Origin: an uncultured Actinomycetota bacterium
GTDB lineage: Bacteria > Actinomycetota > Actinomycetes > Streptosporangiales > Streptosporangiaceae
Direction of reading: 5' to 3'
Assembly (NCBI GenBank): GCA_963804435.1
Contig: CAWDQI010000002.1
Location: 17,196 to 81,195, forward strand
Length of the DNA: 64,000 nucleotides
The position numbers were made by a program, and so were the translations under genes. The notes beneath the pieces were generated by a model. The model saw only the letters and a list, made by a program, of their open reading frames with translations. It had not been told where the DNA came from and made no database searches. Shown one piece after another: positions 51,882 through 60,875 of the stretch. The first letter of the stretch is position 1; every line of letters starts with the position of its first letter.

Positions 51882-53284
51882 CCAGCGTCTTCGGCTGGGT
51901 CGTCCAGCTGATCTACATCCTCGCCGCGTCCTGCTTCGTGCTCGGCCTGCACCTGATGAACAACCCCGCCACCGCCAGGCACGGTAACCAGGTCTCGACG
52001 GCCGGTATGGCCACGGCGATAGCGACGACGCTGGCCATCGTCGTGCACGACGGCCGGATCACGGCGACCGGCTGGACGGTCATGCTGACGGGCGCCCTGG
52101 TCGGCGGGGCGGCCGGCCTTTACTTCGCCCGGACCGTGCAGATGACCGCGATGCCGCAGCTGGTCAGCGTGTTCAACGCCGTCGGCGGCGGTGCCGCTGC
52201 GCTCGTCGGCATCCACGACTACATGCACGCCGGATCGGCGGTTTCGGCGACGACCTCGGTAACAACGCTGCTCGACGTCATCATCGGTGCCGTGACGTTC
52301 TCGGGATCGATCGTCGCGGCCGGGAAGCTGCAAGGCCTGATCAACTCGGCGCCGGTGACGTTCCCTGGGGCGCGGTTGGTGAACATGCTGCTCGCGGTCG
52401 TCGCGGTGGGCGTGGGAGCTTACCTGATCTCGTCGCCCAGCGTCGTGATGCTCGTCATCGTCATCATCGCGGCGCTGATCTTCGGGGTGTCGATGGTGAT
52501 GCCGATCGGCGGCGCCGACATGCCAGTGGTGATCTCGCTGCTGAACGCGTTCACCGGCACTGCGGTCGCCATGGCGGGTTTCGTCATCGGCAACTGGGCC
52601 ATGATCATCGCCGGGGCGCTCGTCGGCGCTTCCGGTGGCATCCTGACCAAGCTGATGGCGGATGCGATGAACCGGTCGATCCGCAACATCATCGTCGGCG
52701 GGTTCGGGACCGGGGACGGGGCCGCCGCCGCGGTGGTCGGCCCCGGCGGAAGTGTGCGGTCAATCGCCGCCGACGACGCGGCCATCCAGCTCGCGTACGC
52801 CTCAAAGGTCATCATCGTGCCCGGCTACGGGCTGGCGGCTGCGCAGGCCCAGCACGAGGTCGCGGCGCTAGCCGACGTGCTGGAGTCGCGCGGCGTCGAA
52901 GTCAGCTACGCGATTCATCCGGTGGCCGGCCGGATGCCCGGCCACATGAACGTCCTGCTGGCCGAGGCCAACGTGCCCTACCCGCAGCTCAAGGAGATGG
53001 ACGAGATCAACCCGGAGTTCGCCAGGACTGACGTTGCCCTGGTCATCGGGGCGAACGACGTGACCAACCCGGCCGCCCGGCGGCCGGGCACCGCGATCTC
53101 CGGAATGCCGATCCTTGACGTTGACCAGGCCCACAGCATCATCGTGATCAAGCGCTCGATGGGCCACGGTTACGCCGGCATCGACAACGAGCTGTACGTC
53201 GACCCCAAGACGAGCATGTACTTCGCTGACGCCAAGAAGGCGCTGACGGAGATGACGGCTGCGGTCAAGACGCTGGTGGGCTAG
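51878..53284 (+). CDS. pntB: NAD(P) transhydrogenase subunit beta
   Basis: Intact 468-aa ORF. PGYGLAAAQAQH, HPVAGRMPGHMNVLLAEA, GANDVTNPAA. Confidence 0.9.
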   Translation: MTSVFGWVVQLIYILAASCFVLGLHLMNNPATARHGNQVSTAGMATAIATTLAIVVHDGRITATGWTVMLTGALVGGAAGLYFARTVQMTAMPQLVSVFNAVGGGAAALVGIHDYMHAGSAVSATTSVTTLLDVIIGAVTFSGSIVAAGKLQGLINSAPVTFPGARLVNMLLAVVAVGVGAYLISSPSVVMLVIVIIAALIFGVSMVMPIGGADMPVVISLLNAFTGTAVAMAGFVIGNWAMIIAGALVGASGGILTKLMADAMNRSIRNIIVGGFGTGDGAAAAVVGPGGSVRSIAADDAAIQLAYASKVIIVPGYGLAAAQAQHEVAALADVLESRGVEVSYAIHPVAGRMPGHMNVLLAEANVPYPQLKEMDEINPEFARTDVALVIGANDVTNPAARRPGTAISGMPILDVDQAHSIIVIKRSMGHGYAGIDNELYVDPKTSMYFADAKKALTEMTAAVKTLVG

Positions 53285-53996
53285 GGACGGGCGGCAGCCG
53301 CTTCAGGTCGTCTCCAGTGAGCTCGCCGGTCGAGATGAGCAGCGCCGCGAGTTCCTCCAGGGCGCGCGGCCCGCGCAGGCCCGGCACGCCGATGCGGACG
53401 TAGCGGTTGCGGATATTCTCGCAGCGCTTCGACACGGTATGCGGCTGCCAGCCGATGCGCTCTCCGGCCTCCCTGGCGCTGCGCGGCGCCGCCGCGCCGG
53501 AATGCTTCCACGTGAGGTACTCCTCGAAGCGCGCGGCCAGCACGAGCCTGTCGCTGTCGCTGAGCGGCGCGCGCAGCTTGGTGCTGGTAACGGTGCGCTC
53601 TCGGACGATATCCCCGGTCGACCCAGTGACCTCCTGCTCGCCCGTCTCGTCCTCATCTGCCTCGTCGTCGAGGTCAGGCAGCCGAACGCGGATGGTGTAG
53701 CTGGCCAGCATGCCGTCGATCCGGACCTTGGCGTGCCACTGCTGGATCGGCAGGCATAGGCCCGGCGGGATGTCGGCCCTGAAGCCGCGGTCACCGGACA
53801 GGTAGAGCATGGACGAGGCGCTCTCATTGAGCAGCCACCAGCACCCGGCCCGCCATTCGAAGCTGCCGGCCTTACGCGAGACTCCCCGGTCGGCGTTCGG
53901 CATCACGGCCGTGCAAGCCGACGCGCGGCCGAAGGTGAACTTCTCCCCCGGCTTGAGCCGCCAGGTCCCCGTCTCGAACATGACGATCAGGAGCAC
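53265..53996 (-). CDS. FHA-like domain protein with C-terminal HTH-like region
   Basis: FTFGRASACTAVMPNADRGVSRKAGSFEW...LLNESASS resembles FHA (GR...SR.H...N.S). An acidic linker follows. C-terminus SAREAGERIGWQPHTVSKRCENIRNRY is HTH-like. Confidence 0.55.
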   Translation of the reverse strand: MLLIVMFETGTWRLKPGEKFTFGRASACTAVMPNADRGVSRKAGSFEWRAGCWWLLNESASSMLYLSGDRGFRADIPPGLCLPIQQWHAKVRIDGMLASYTIRVRLPDLDDEADEDETGEQEVTGSTGDIVRERTVTSTKLRAPLSDSDRLVLAARFEEYLTWKHSGAAAPRSAREAGERIGWQPHTVSKRCENIRNRYVRIGVPGLRGPRALEELAALLISTGELTGDDLKRLPPVPSPPAS

Positions 53997-54093
53997 GGTT
54001 CAGGCACCACTACCCATCTCGGTCCGGCACACCTTGAGTAACCGGACCATAAGGGAGGGGAACGGGGTCGTCAATGGACCGCGCGGTTAGTTG

Positions 54094-54130
54094 CAGCTGG
54101 GGAAGCCTCCCCAGCTGGGGAACCCTCCCC
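54094..54130. promoter_or_regulatory. nested palindrome array GGGGA-n4-TCCCC-AGCT-GGGGA-n4-TCCCC
   Basis: cagctgggga-agcc-tccccagctgggga-accc-tcccc. It contains a perfect 14-bp palindrome, tccccagctgggga, and a 10-bp-arm hairpin. It lies 98 bp upstream of the FHA-HTH gene start. Confidence 0.5.
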
Positions 54131-54431
54131 TTGTGCCGGCGGCGGTCGGCACCGCAGCATCTGACCACGGCGGGCCAGCCCGAGGCCGCGCCCGACAACA
54201 GAACCCGTTACCTCCTTCGGCAGAGGTACGAGCGCCGCGGCGCTGTCGAGACGGGGGCGGGCACGGCAGCCGGCACCTTCCGTGCCCGCAACTCGGCGGC
54301 GCCGCAGCCGTGTCCCAGTCGCCGCCCCGGTTGCCGGTCGCGCCAAGCCACGCACCCTGGGCAGAGTCATACTCTTGGCGCAGGCCAGCTAACGAGCCCG
54401 GCGCCAAAGCGGCGAAAGGAGTCCCCCGAAG

Positions 54432-55415
54432 GTGAGCACGATTGAAGCGAACCCCGAGGTGGAAGACGTCCCCGTTCCCCGCAACAATGATCATGAGGTA
54501 ACGACGGCCAGGAATGCGCAGGTCGGTGACCTGGCGGTGCGCCGCCTGCTGCCCTTGCGGACCCGGCGCAGCGTCGGCGCCTGGTGCTTCATCGATCATT
54601 ACGGCCCGGCGGACACCGACGGCAGGGGCGGGATGAATGTTCCGCCGCACCCGCATATCGGCCTGCAGACCGTCACCTGGCTGTTGCGCGGGAACGTGCT
54701 CCATCGCGACAGTCTCGGCTCGGAACAGCTGATCAGGCCCGGGCAGCTCAACCTGATGACGTCCGGACGCGGTATCGCGCACGCCGAGGAGACCGTGATC
54801 CCGCCGTCGGCGGCCGACCGTGACCCTGTCCTGCACGGCGTGCAGCTGTGGGTGGCGCTGCCGGACGCCAGCAGGCACGTAGCGCCCGCGTTCGAGCATC
54901 ATGCGGCCCTCCCGCAGACGGCACTGCCAACCGGATCCTCGGGCCGGCTGGCCGTCACGGTGTTCCTGGGCGAACTCGCCGGCTCCAGGTCGCCCGCCAC
55001 CGCCTTCTCGCCGATCATCGGCGCAGAACTGACCGCGTCGCAGGACCAGCACGCAACCGGCACGCTGCCGCTGCGGCCAGACTTCGAGCACGTGATCTTC
55101 GTGGCGACCGGCCGTGCCGAAGCCGATGGTGTGCCGCTCGAGCCCGGTCAGCTGCTCTACTTGCCCACCGGGCTGGAAGCGGCGCCCGTCGCGGCCCAAA
55201 GCGGAACGACGCTGTTCCTGCTCGGCGGGGTGCCACTTGGCGAGCAACTGCTGATGTGGTGGAACTTCGTCGCGCGCACGCCCGAGGAGATCGCGGCGGC
55301 CACGGCGAGCTGGGGTGCTGGCGAGTTCGGCCCGGTGGGCGGCTATCAGGGCGAGCCCTTGGCCGCTCCCGCGCTCGACGTGGCGAGGCTGCTCCGCCCG
55401 AGGCCCATCAGCTGA
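54432..55415 (+). CDS. pirin family protein
   Basis: GTG start. PPHPHIGLQTVTWLL, MTSGRGIAHAE, GVQLWVALP. Confidence 0.85.
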   Translation: MSTIEANPEVEDVPVPRNNDHEVTTARNAQVGDLAVRRLLPLRTRRSVGAWCFIDHYGPADTDGRGGMNVPPHPHIGLQTVTWLLRGNVLHRDSLGSEQLIRPGQLNLMTSGRGIAHAEETVIPPSAADRDPVLHGVQLWVALPDASRHVAPAFEHHAALPQTALPTGSSGRLAVTVFLGELAGSRSPATAFSPIIGAELTASQDQHATGTLPLRPDFEHVIFVATGRAEADGVPLEPGQLLYLPTGLEAAPVAAQSGTTLFLLGGVPLGEQLLMWWNFVARTPEEIAAATASWGAGEFGPVGGYQGEPLAAPALDVARLLRPRPIS

Positions 55416-57633
55416 CGCGCCACCAGACCCCGGGATCGCCCGCCACGCAGCCGCCTAGCGCCAGCTGGGTGCCGGCGCGGATGCGATCACCCGGGTCGGC
55501 CAGGCACAGCCCGGCCACCGGGCTGACCAGCTGGACGCCGACCGGGCCGCCGGCGAGCTGCCAGCGCTGGGTGGCCGACCGGTTGCAACCAGCCAGACGG
55601 ACCGTCGTCCCGTAACTCGTGTGGCCGCGGTTCAGGCTCAGGCAGTCACCGCCAGCCCGCACCGTCCCGTCCGGCTCGATCGTCCAGTTCTGCTGCGGCG
55701 TCGCCGTGCAGCCGCGCAGTGTCACCGGGCCGAACTTGGTCCCCGCGCGGTGCCAGTCGCTGGCGCAGGAGCCCGCGATTCCCGCGGTGAGCGGTCCGGC
55801 GGGCAGCGTCCAGCGCTGACTTGCACCGGGCGTGCTGACGCTGCCCGTGTTGTTGTAGGTGACGTAGCAGGCGGCCGCGGTCGCGCGCGACCCGTTCGCC
55901 GAGCCGGCGTCGGACAAGCACCTGCTGTTACTGAGATCAGTCAGCGAGCCGCCCGACCCCAGCTGCCAGCGCTGCCCGCCGTTGTTGCACGCGGTCACCG
56001 ACAAGGCCGATGAGCTGGCGGCCAGGCACCGGTAATTGATGCGAATCGAACCGTTGGCCGCGACCGTCCACCGCTGCGCCGCAGCGGAGCCACACTTCTC
56101 GATGGCGATATCGGTGGCCCTGAGTTCTTGCAGGCACTTGCCGTCCCGGTAGAGCTTGATCTGTCCGGTCGGGCCCTTGCCGCTCCCGCCGGTGATGCTC
56201 CAACTGAAGCTGCGGGTCGCCAGCGTGCTCCCGGAACTGTCGGTTACCTGCACGCTCACCTGATAGTGCCCGCTCGTCGACGGCCAGCCGGAGATCCGGC
56301 CGCACGAGCTGATCGACAGGCCAGGCGGCAGCCCGGTGGCGGAGAACCGCAACGTGCAGCCAGACAGCGAGTCGGTGGCAGGGACGGTCAGCGCGACCGG
56401 AGTGCCGACCGATCCGGTCGCCGGGCTCACGCCGCCGATGCTGACCGGGCCGTGCACGTACCACGGGAAGCTTGCGCTCGCGGCAGGGGCGCCCGTTGCT
56501 GTCGCGGTTATTGATGAGGGGAACGCGGCCGGCTGTGCTGGCAGTGTTCCGCTAATCACGCCGGTCGAAGTGTTGATGGAAAGGCCGCCCGGTAGTCCGG
56601 TGGCACCGTAAGTCACCGCCTGGCCGCCGTCCAGCGAACTGGCCGTCGTGCTGACCGCAGCGCCTGGCTGGTAGCTCTGGGCGGCAGGCTTAGCAAGCTC
56701 GAGCGCCGACGCGCTCAGATAGCTGACGTCCGTGTAGCCGGTGATGCCGGTGACCTTTGCCTGGTCGGAGTACTGCCAGTAAGTCCAGCCAGACCAGGCG
56801 GACGGCATCGATGGAGATGAGCCATAGCCCGCGATCCACAGTGGGTCGCCTGTGAACGCGGTGCTGTCGCCAGTGCAGGTCGTCCACCAGGCGGCAGTTG
56901 TGTAGATGGCCGGGGACTGTCCGGTCCGGCGGTGTGTCTCGGCGGCGAAGGCAGAGATCCACGCGACCATTTGCGCAGGGGTGAGTCCGTAGCAATCGCC
57001 GCTGGTGCCGTCGCCCTTCGGTGGCGGTAGTCCGGCGTAGGGATCGTTTTCCAGGTCGATGATCAGCGGCAGTGTGTGGCCATCGGGCGCATAACTGGAG
57101 TAATCGAGCGCGTAGTCAGCCTGGAGCGCGCCGCCGGTGTAGTTGGGTATCGCGAACGCATACGGCGCGACGATCAGGCCCGCTGCTTTCGCTGCGGCGG
57201 CATCGGAGCCGTAGTACGGGTTGACGTAGTAACTGCCCTCGGTGGCCTTGATGAACGCGAACTTATAACCGTCTGTGTAGACCTGGCCCCAGTTGATGCT
57301 GCCGCTATCGTGCTGGATCGACGCGACGTCGATGCCCTGCACGGTGGACGCTATGGTGGCCGTTCCGCCCGGCCCCGGCCCGGTAACGGCTGTCGCGCGA
57401 ACTCCTGGCGGGTGCGCGGTACCGGCCGACAGCATCCGCTCGACCTGCGGGGAATGCGTGTTCGCCTCGTTGAACCGGTCGATGGCGGCGTGGTGGCCGG
57501 AACCGGCAGAAGCTGCGGCACCTGCGCCGCCGCCAGTTCCGCCCGCCTCCGCCACAGCCGTGACACTGATCGCAGCGAGGGTAACGACCGCCGCAGCCGC
57601 GATGACGCGGACAATCCCGTTCGGTCGGTACAT
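55408..57633 (-). CDS. secreted GH25 muramidase with two Ig-like (He_PIG-type) repeats and two ricin-B lectin domains
   Basis: Signal peptide MYRPNGIVRVIAAAAVVTLAAISVTAVAEA. GIDVASIQHDSGSINW...FAFIKATEG...DLE (GH25). ATGLPGGLSINTSTGVISG repeats. Multiple QRW/QNW (QxW) motifs. Confidence 0.75.
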   Translation of the reverse strand: MYRPNGIVRVIAAAAVVTLAAISVTAVAEAGGTGGGAGAAASAGSGHHAAIDRFNEANTHSPQVERMLSAGTAHPPGVRATAVTGPGPGGTATIASTVQGIDVASIQHDSGSINWGQVYTDGYKFAFIKATEGSYYVNPYYGSDAAAAKAAGLIVAPYAFAIPNYTGGALQADYALDYSSYAPDGHTLPLIIDLENDPYAGLPPPKGDGTSGDCYGLTPAQMVAWISAFAAETHRRTGQSPAIYTTAAWWTTCTGDSTAFTGDPLWIAGYGSSPSMPSAWSGWTYWQYSDQAKVTGITGYTDVSYLSASALELAKPAAQSYQPGAAVSTTASSLDGGQAVTYGATGLPGGLSINTSTGVISGTLPAQPAAFPSSITATATGAPAASASFPWYVHGPVSIGGVSPATGSVGTPVALTVPATDSLSGCTLRFSATGLPPGLSISSCGRISGWPSTSGHYQVSVQVTDSSGSTLATRSFSWSITGGSGKGPTGQIKLYRDGKCLQELRATDIAIEKCGSAAAQRWTVAANGSIRINYRCLAASSSALSVTACNNGGQRWQLGSGGSLTDLSNSRCLSDAGSANGSRATAAACYVTYNNTGSVSTPGASQRWTLPAGPLTAGIAGSCASDWHRAGTKFGPVTLRGCTATPQQNWTIEPDGTVRAGGDCLSLNRGHTSYGTTVRLAGCNRSATQRWQLAGGPVGVQLVSPVAGLCLADPGDRIRAGTQLALGGCVAGDPGVWWRVS

Positions 57634-57824
57634 AGTGATGTGAGCTCCTTTCGGCCGTCCACGTTAGCGGTCGGGGCGCGCAGGTGTACGCAAGACCGGC
57701 CGATAGGTCCGGAATTGTGCAGCCGGCCGGGCGGACCGACAGCGTCTGCAGAAGGGCGGCCGATGTTAACCACGAGGCCGGGGCATGATGGATTCGTGAT
57801 TGACCCACCCCCGCGCTCCCGGTC

Positions 57825-58277
57825 ATGGACGGCCGGTGCCCGGTGACAGGCAGCGCGAACAGTCCGGACCAACATGCTGATCCGGCCGCCGGTCATGCTG
57901 ACCCTGGCCGGGATTATGCCGAGGCCGGGACTCCTGCGGAGACCGAGCCGGACGCGCGATTCACGTTCGCTAACGAGCGCACCTTCCTGGCTTGGAGCCG
58001 CACGGCGCTCGCGCTGGTGGTGGCCGGATTGGCCATCGTGCAACTGCTGCCCCCCTTCCCCGCCGTCCCCTGGGGCCGGCACGTGCTGGGAGTTCCGCTG
58101 ATCGTGCTCGGGGCGCTCATCGCCGTCGCCGGGTACGGCGACTGGGCCCGTAACCAGCGGTCGCTGCGTCGTGGTACGCCGCTGCCCCGGTCCGTACTGC
58201 CGGAGATCCTGGCTGGGACGATCACGGGTATCGCCGTGATCGCGGCGGTCGTGCTGCTCGTGTCGGCGCTCCGGTAG
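57825..58277 (+). CDS. DUF202 (YidH-like) membrane protein
   Basis: FANERTFLAWSRTALAL motif plus 3 TM segments. Confidence 0.7.
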   Translation: MDGRCPVTGSANSPDQHADPAAGHADPGRDYAEAGTPAETEPDARFTFANERTFLAWSRTALALVVAGLAIVQLLPPFPAVPWGRHVLGVPLIVLGALIAVAGYGDWARNQRSLRRGTPLPRSVLPEILAGTITGIAVIAAVVLLVSALR

Positions 58278-58284
58278 GCCCTGA

Positions 58285-58590
58285 GTGCGTCCCGAGGAGG
58301 TTGAGGACCATGATCCCGGCCGAGCGCGGCAACGAACCGCTCTGGCCTGGACGCGAACCGCTATGGCCTTCGCTGCGGTCGGGGGCGCCATCCTGAAGCG
58401 GAACGTTCCCGTCGGCGTGGCCGTCTTGGCCATGAGCCCGCTGATCTGGGCCTCGGGACGGCTGCCAGGCAAAGGTTCCGTCGTGGCCCGACCCAGACGA
58501 CTGATGCTGATCACTGCGGCCATCGTGGCCGTGGCTCTTGCGGCGCTAGTGGTCGCGTTCCTCATGCCGGGGCCGCATCACGCGGGCTAG
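58285..58590 (+). CDS. DUF202 family membrane protein
   Basis: RQRTALAWTRTAMAFAAVG plus TM segments. Paired with the preceding gene. Confidence 0.65.
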   Translation: MRPEEVEDHDPGRARQRTALAWTRTAMAFAAVGGAILKRNVPVGVAVLAMSPLIWASGRLPGKGSVVARPRRLMLITAAIVAVALAALVVAFLMPGPHHAG

Positions 58591-58609
58591 ACCGTTGCCC
58601 GAGCTCGAC

Positions 58610-58630
58610 GTCGGGCTGCGTCAGCCCGAC
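58610..58630 (+). terminator. 9-bp perfect stem / 3-nt loop hairpin after the DUF202 pair
   Basis: gtcgggctg-cgt-cagcccgac, 20 nt after the stop. There is no T-run, but AT-rich DNA follows. Confidence 0.5.
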
Positions 58631-58864
58631 GGATGAATCATGAGTCACGCTTAATACTGATATATACGGAAGCTCAGAAAGTAAAACATGTCAATTCTGC
58701 AACAACGCGCTCGCTCGTTGTATCCAAAGATTCAAAATACGTAGCTGTTAACTAGTAGCGTGATAATTGTCGAGTAAGAGCACCCTAAGGTCTGGCCCCT
58801 GCCACGGGAGTAGCAGCCGATCAGTACGGTGCTGCCCCCGGGTCCTGAGGGGAGACCTACACAG

Positions 58865-59227
58865 ATGAATGCCTCCTCGTGGTGGCAAACGATATACCGA
58901 GTCGACCGCTGGCCCGGACCAAGAGCGGCTGCGCGATGGGCTGGCGTCGGCGGGATTCTCGGGTTAGTCACGATCATCCTGAGCGCTGTCAACGAGGTGA
59001 GCGCCCAGCAGGCAATCGCGCTAGCCCTGCCGACGACCGTCATCACCATCGGCGGTGTCATCAGGAGCGTCATTCCGGACTACGCGACAGCTTGGCGACG
59101 TGGCTTCAAGCAAGGCTGCCGGGTCGCGCTGATCAGCCAGCGGGACCCCTTGTACTCCGGCACCGCCGTCGCCTCGAGCAGGCCGGTCTCGCTCAGCCAG
59201 CACGGCCTTCCGCCGGCCGCGCTGTAA
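58865..59227 (+). CDS. small membrane protein, hypothetical (contains a TTA codon)
   Basis: ORF 58829..59227. The ATG at 58865 gives MNASSWWQTIYRVDRW... with two hydrophobic segments. TTA at 58964-58966. Confidence 0.45.
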   Translation: MNASSWWQTIYRVDRWPGPRAAARWAGVGGILGLVTIILSAVNEVSAQQAIALALPTTVITIGGVIRSVIPDYATAWRRGFKQGCRVALISQRDPLYSGTAVASSRPVSLSQHGLPPAAL

Positions 59228-59233
59228 GGCCCC

Positions 59234-59854
59234 TTAGACCTGCGCAATCACGCCCTCGCCCGCCTCGGCGCCGCTGTTGTCGCGATCGCGCGAATTATCC
59301 TGCACCAGGTAGGGCGTGCGGCGTGCGGTCATGTCGTCGATCCCGAGCAACGCCAGGACTTCAGCGATGCTGGCCCCGGTGACCGCCACGATCCGCTGGA
59401 CGGCCGACAGGGTCGTCGGCTCGCGGGGCAGGCCCTCCCCGGCGATGAACTGGTGGATGGCGTCGTCGTCGCGGCCCCGTTCGCGCATGCGCACGTACAC
59501 CCAGCTGGTGAGCCGCTCGCCGGGCGTCGGCGGGGCGTGCTCGGCGGTGAGGGGATTGCGCCGGGGGCCCGCCGGCGTCACCTGCAGGGGATCGGGATCC
59601 CCGCCCCGCAGCACGGCCTCGACGCTGCCGGGCGCCCAGTGGTAGATGGTTTCGACCGCGCCGACGGTGGCCTGGGGGTAGGAGGACCGCTCGCCTTTCT
59701 CCAGGCGGCTGATCGTCTTGACCGAGATCCTGCCGCCGCCTTGCTCCCGGCTGAACCGGCCGCGCTGGCGGAAGCCGTACCCCAGTTCGCCCCGGCGCCG
59801 CTCCAGTGCCCGGCCCAGGCGCTGCCATGCCTCGTGAGGATATGTGTCCATCAC
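59234..59854 (-). CDS. HTH-domain protein (XRE-like N-terminus), function unknown
   Basis: WQRLGRALERRRGELGY...ISVKTISRLEKGERS resembles an XRE HTH. The C-terminal half is uncharacterised. Confidence 0.55.
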   Translation of the reverse strand: MMDTYPHEAWQRLGRALERRRGELGYGFRQRGRFSREQGGGRISVKTISRLEKGERSSYPQATVGAVETIYHWAPGSVEAVLRGGDPDPLQVTPAGPRRNPLTAEHAPPTPGERLTSWVYVRMRERGRDDDAIHQFIAGEGLPREPTTLSAVQRIVAVTGASIAEVLALLGIDDMTARRTPYLVQDNSRDRDNSGAEAGEGVIAQV

Positions 59855-60261
59855 TGTCCAGTCTGAGGGATCTCCCGGTGTGCCACCGGGCCGGACATTA
59901 GTTTGGCACGATACCGGGCGTCAGCACCGACGATGTCAGGACAGCGGCGACAGCTCGGCCGGAAGCCAATCCAATGACGAGATCCTATGACAGCAGCCGG
60001 ATTGCAAGTGAACGGAACCGAAACAGGAGCAGGTAGAGGCACGGTTCCGGCAGTTGACGCGCAGGTCAGCCCGGTCTGGCGAGCGCGCGCTCAGCGCATT
60101 TAGCGACGCGGCAGCACCGGTCCGCGAGGGGCCGCAACCGACCCGAGCAGCCGGTCCGCGGTATTACACCGCATAACTTTCACAGGCATCCTGGGTAGGC
60201 AGTGACCATTGGTGTCTTCATTCAGGTTGCAGGAGGCAACGGCTTAGCCTAACTTTGCGAC

Positions 60262-60549
60262 ATGAGCCTGCCACAAACGGTCATCAGTGCCACCGGCCAG
60301 GCCGGGGCCTTAGCCCACACAAGACTCCGCCCGAACGGCGCCGCCATTCGCAGCCTCCGGGAGAAAGACGGCTGGCACCAGCCCGAGTTTGCCCGCGAAG
60401 TGAGGATAACCCAGGCCGCGCTGTCCAACATCGAGCGTGAGAAACGAGGTGCACGACCCGCCACGATTCACCGGATCGCCCGCGCGCTGCGCGTCCCGGT
60501 GGCGGCGATCACCCGTGAGTATTACGAAACGGACATGCCCGCCGTTTAA
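60262..60549 (+). CDS. XRE family transcriptional regulator (contains a TTA codon)
   Basis: IRSLREKDGWHQPEFAREVRITQAALSNIEREKRG HTH. TTA at 60310-60312. Confidence 0.7.
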   Translation: MSLPQTVISATGQAGALAHTRLRPNGAAIRSLREKDGWHQPEFAREVRITQAALSNIEREKRGARPATIHRIARALRVPVAAITREYYETDMPAV

Positions 60550-60668
60550 GACGGACATGCCAGCCGTATAGCACAGTCCCGAGAAACGTCCCGCCGTCTT
60601 TTTTGGCGACGCGGGCATTAGAGCGAGCCCGCATGGGTCCGCGCCAATTGAACAAGGAGAGTCGCACA

Positions 60669-60875
60669 GTGAGCAACACGCAGACCATATCCATAAACCC
60701 GCTGCTGACGCCTGCTGAGGTCGCCGCCGCATTCCGCGTTGACCCGAAGACCGTCACACGGTGGGCCAAAGCGGGCAAGCTTAGCTCCATTCGAACGCTG
60801 GGGGGCCACCGCCGTTACCTGGAGAGCGAGATCCGCGCCATGCTGTCCGATCAGCCGCCCGTCGCGCAGCCATAA
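60669..60875 (+). CDS. bldC: BldC-like small MerR/excisionase-type DNA-binding protein (68 aa)
   Basis: AAGGAGA sits 8 nt before the GTG at 60669. PLLTPAEVAAAFRVDPKTVTRWAKAGKLSSIRTLGGHRRYLESEIRAML closely matches my recollection of Streptomyces BldC. Confidence 0.75.
   Translation: MSNTQTISINPLLTPAEVAAAFRVDPKTVTRWAKAGKLSSIRTLGGHRRYLESEIRAMLSDQPPVAQP

Noticed and set aside
54094-54130. Actinobacterial 6C-type sRNA (C-rich loops)
   Set aside because: The C-runs here pair with the G-runs and so form stems. They do not sit in loops as in 6C RNA, and I cannot match the 6C consensus from memory.
54074-54445. 123-aa ORF filling the FHA-HTH/pirin intergenic gap
   Set aside because: The translation is Arg/Pro/Ala-rich and featureless, and there is no SD. 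The region is better described by hairpins and palindromes.
58633-58755. 40-codon AT-rich ORF (MNHESRLILIYTEAQKVKHVNSATTRSLVVSKDSKYVAVN) in the low-GC spacer
   Set aside because: It has no Shine-Dalgarno sequence, starts 2 nt after a terminator hairpin, and its codon usage is wholly atypical. It could be chance in AT-rich DNA. It is left as part of the AT-rich finding.
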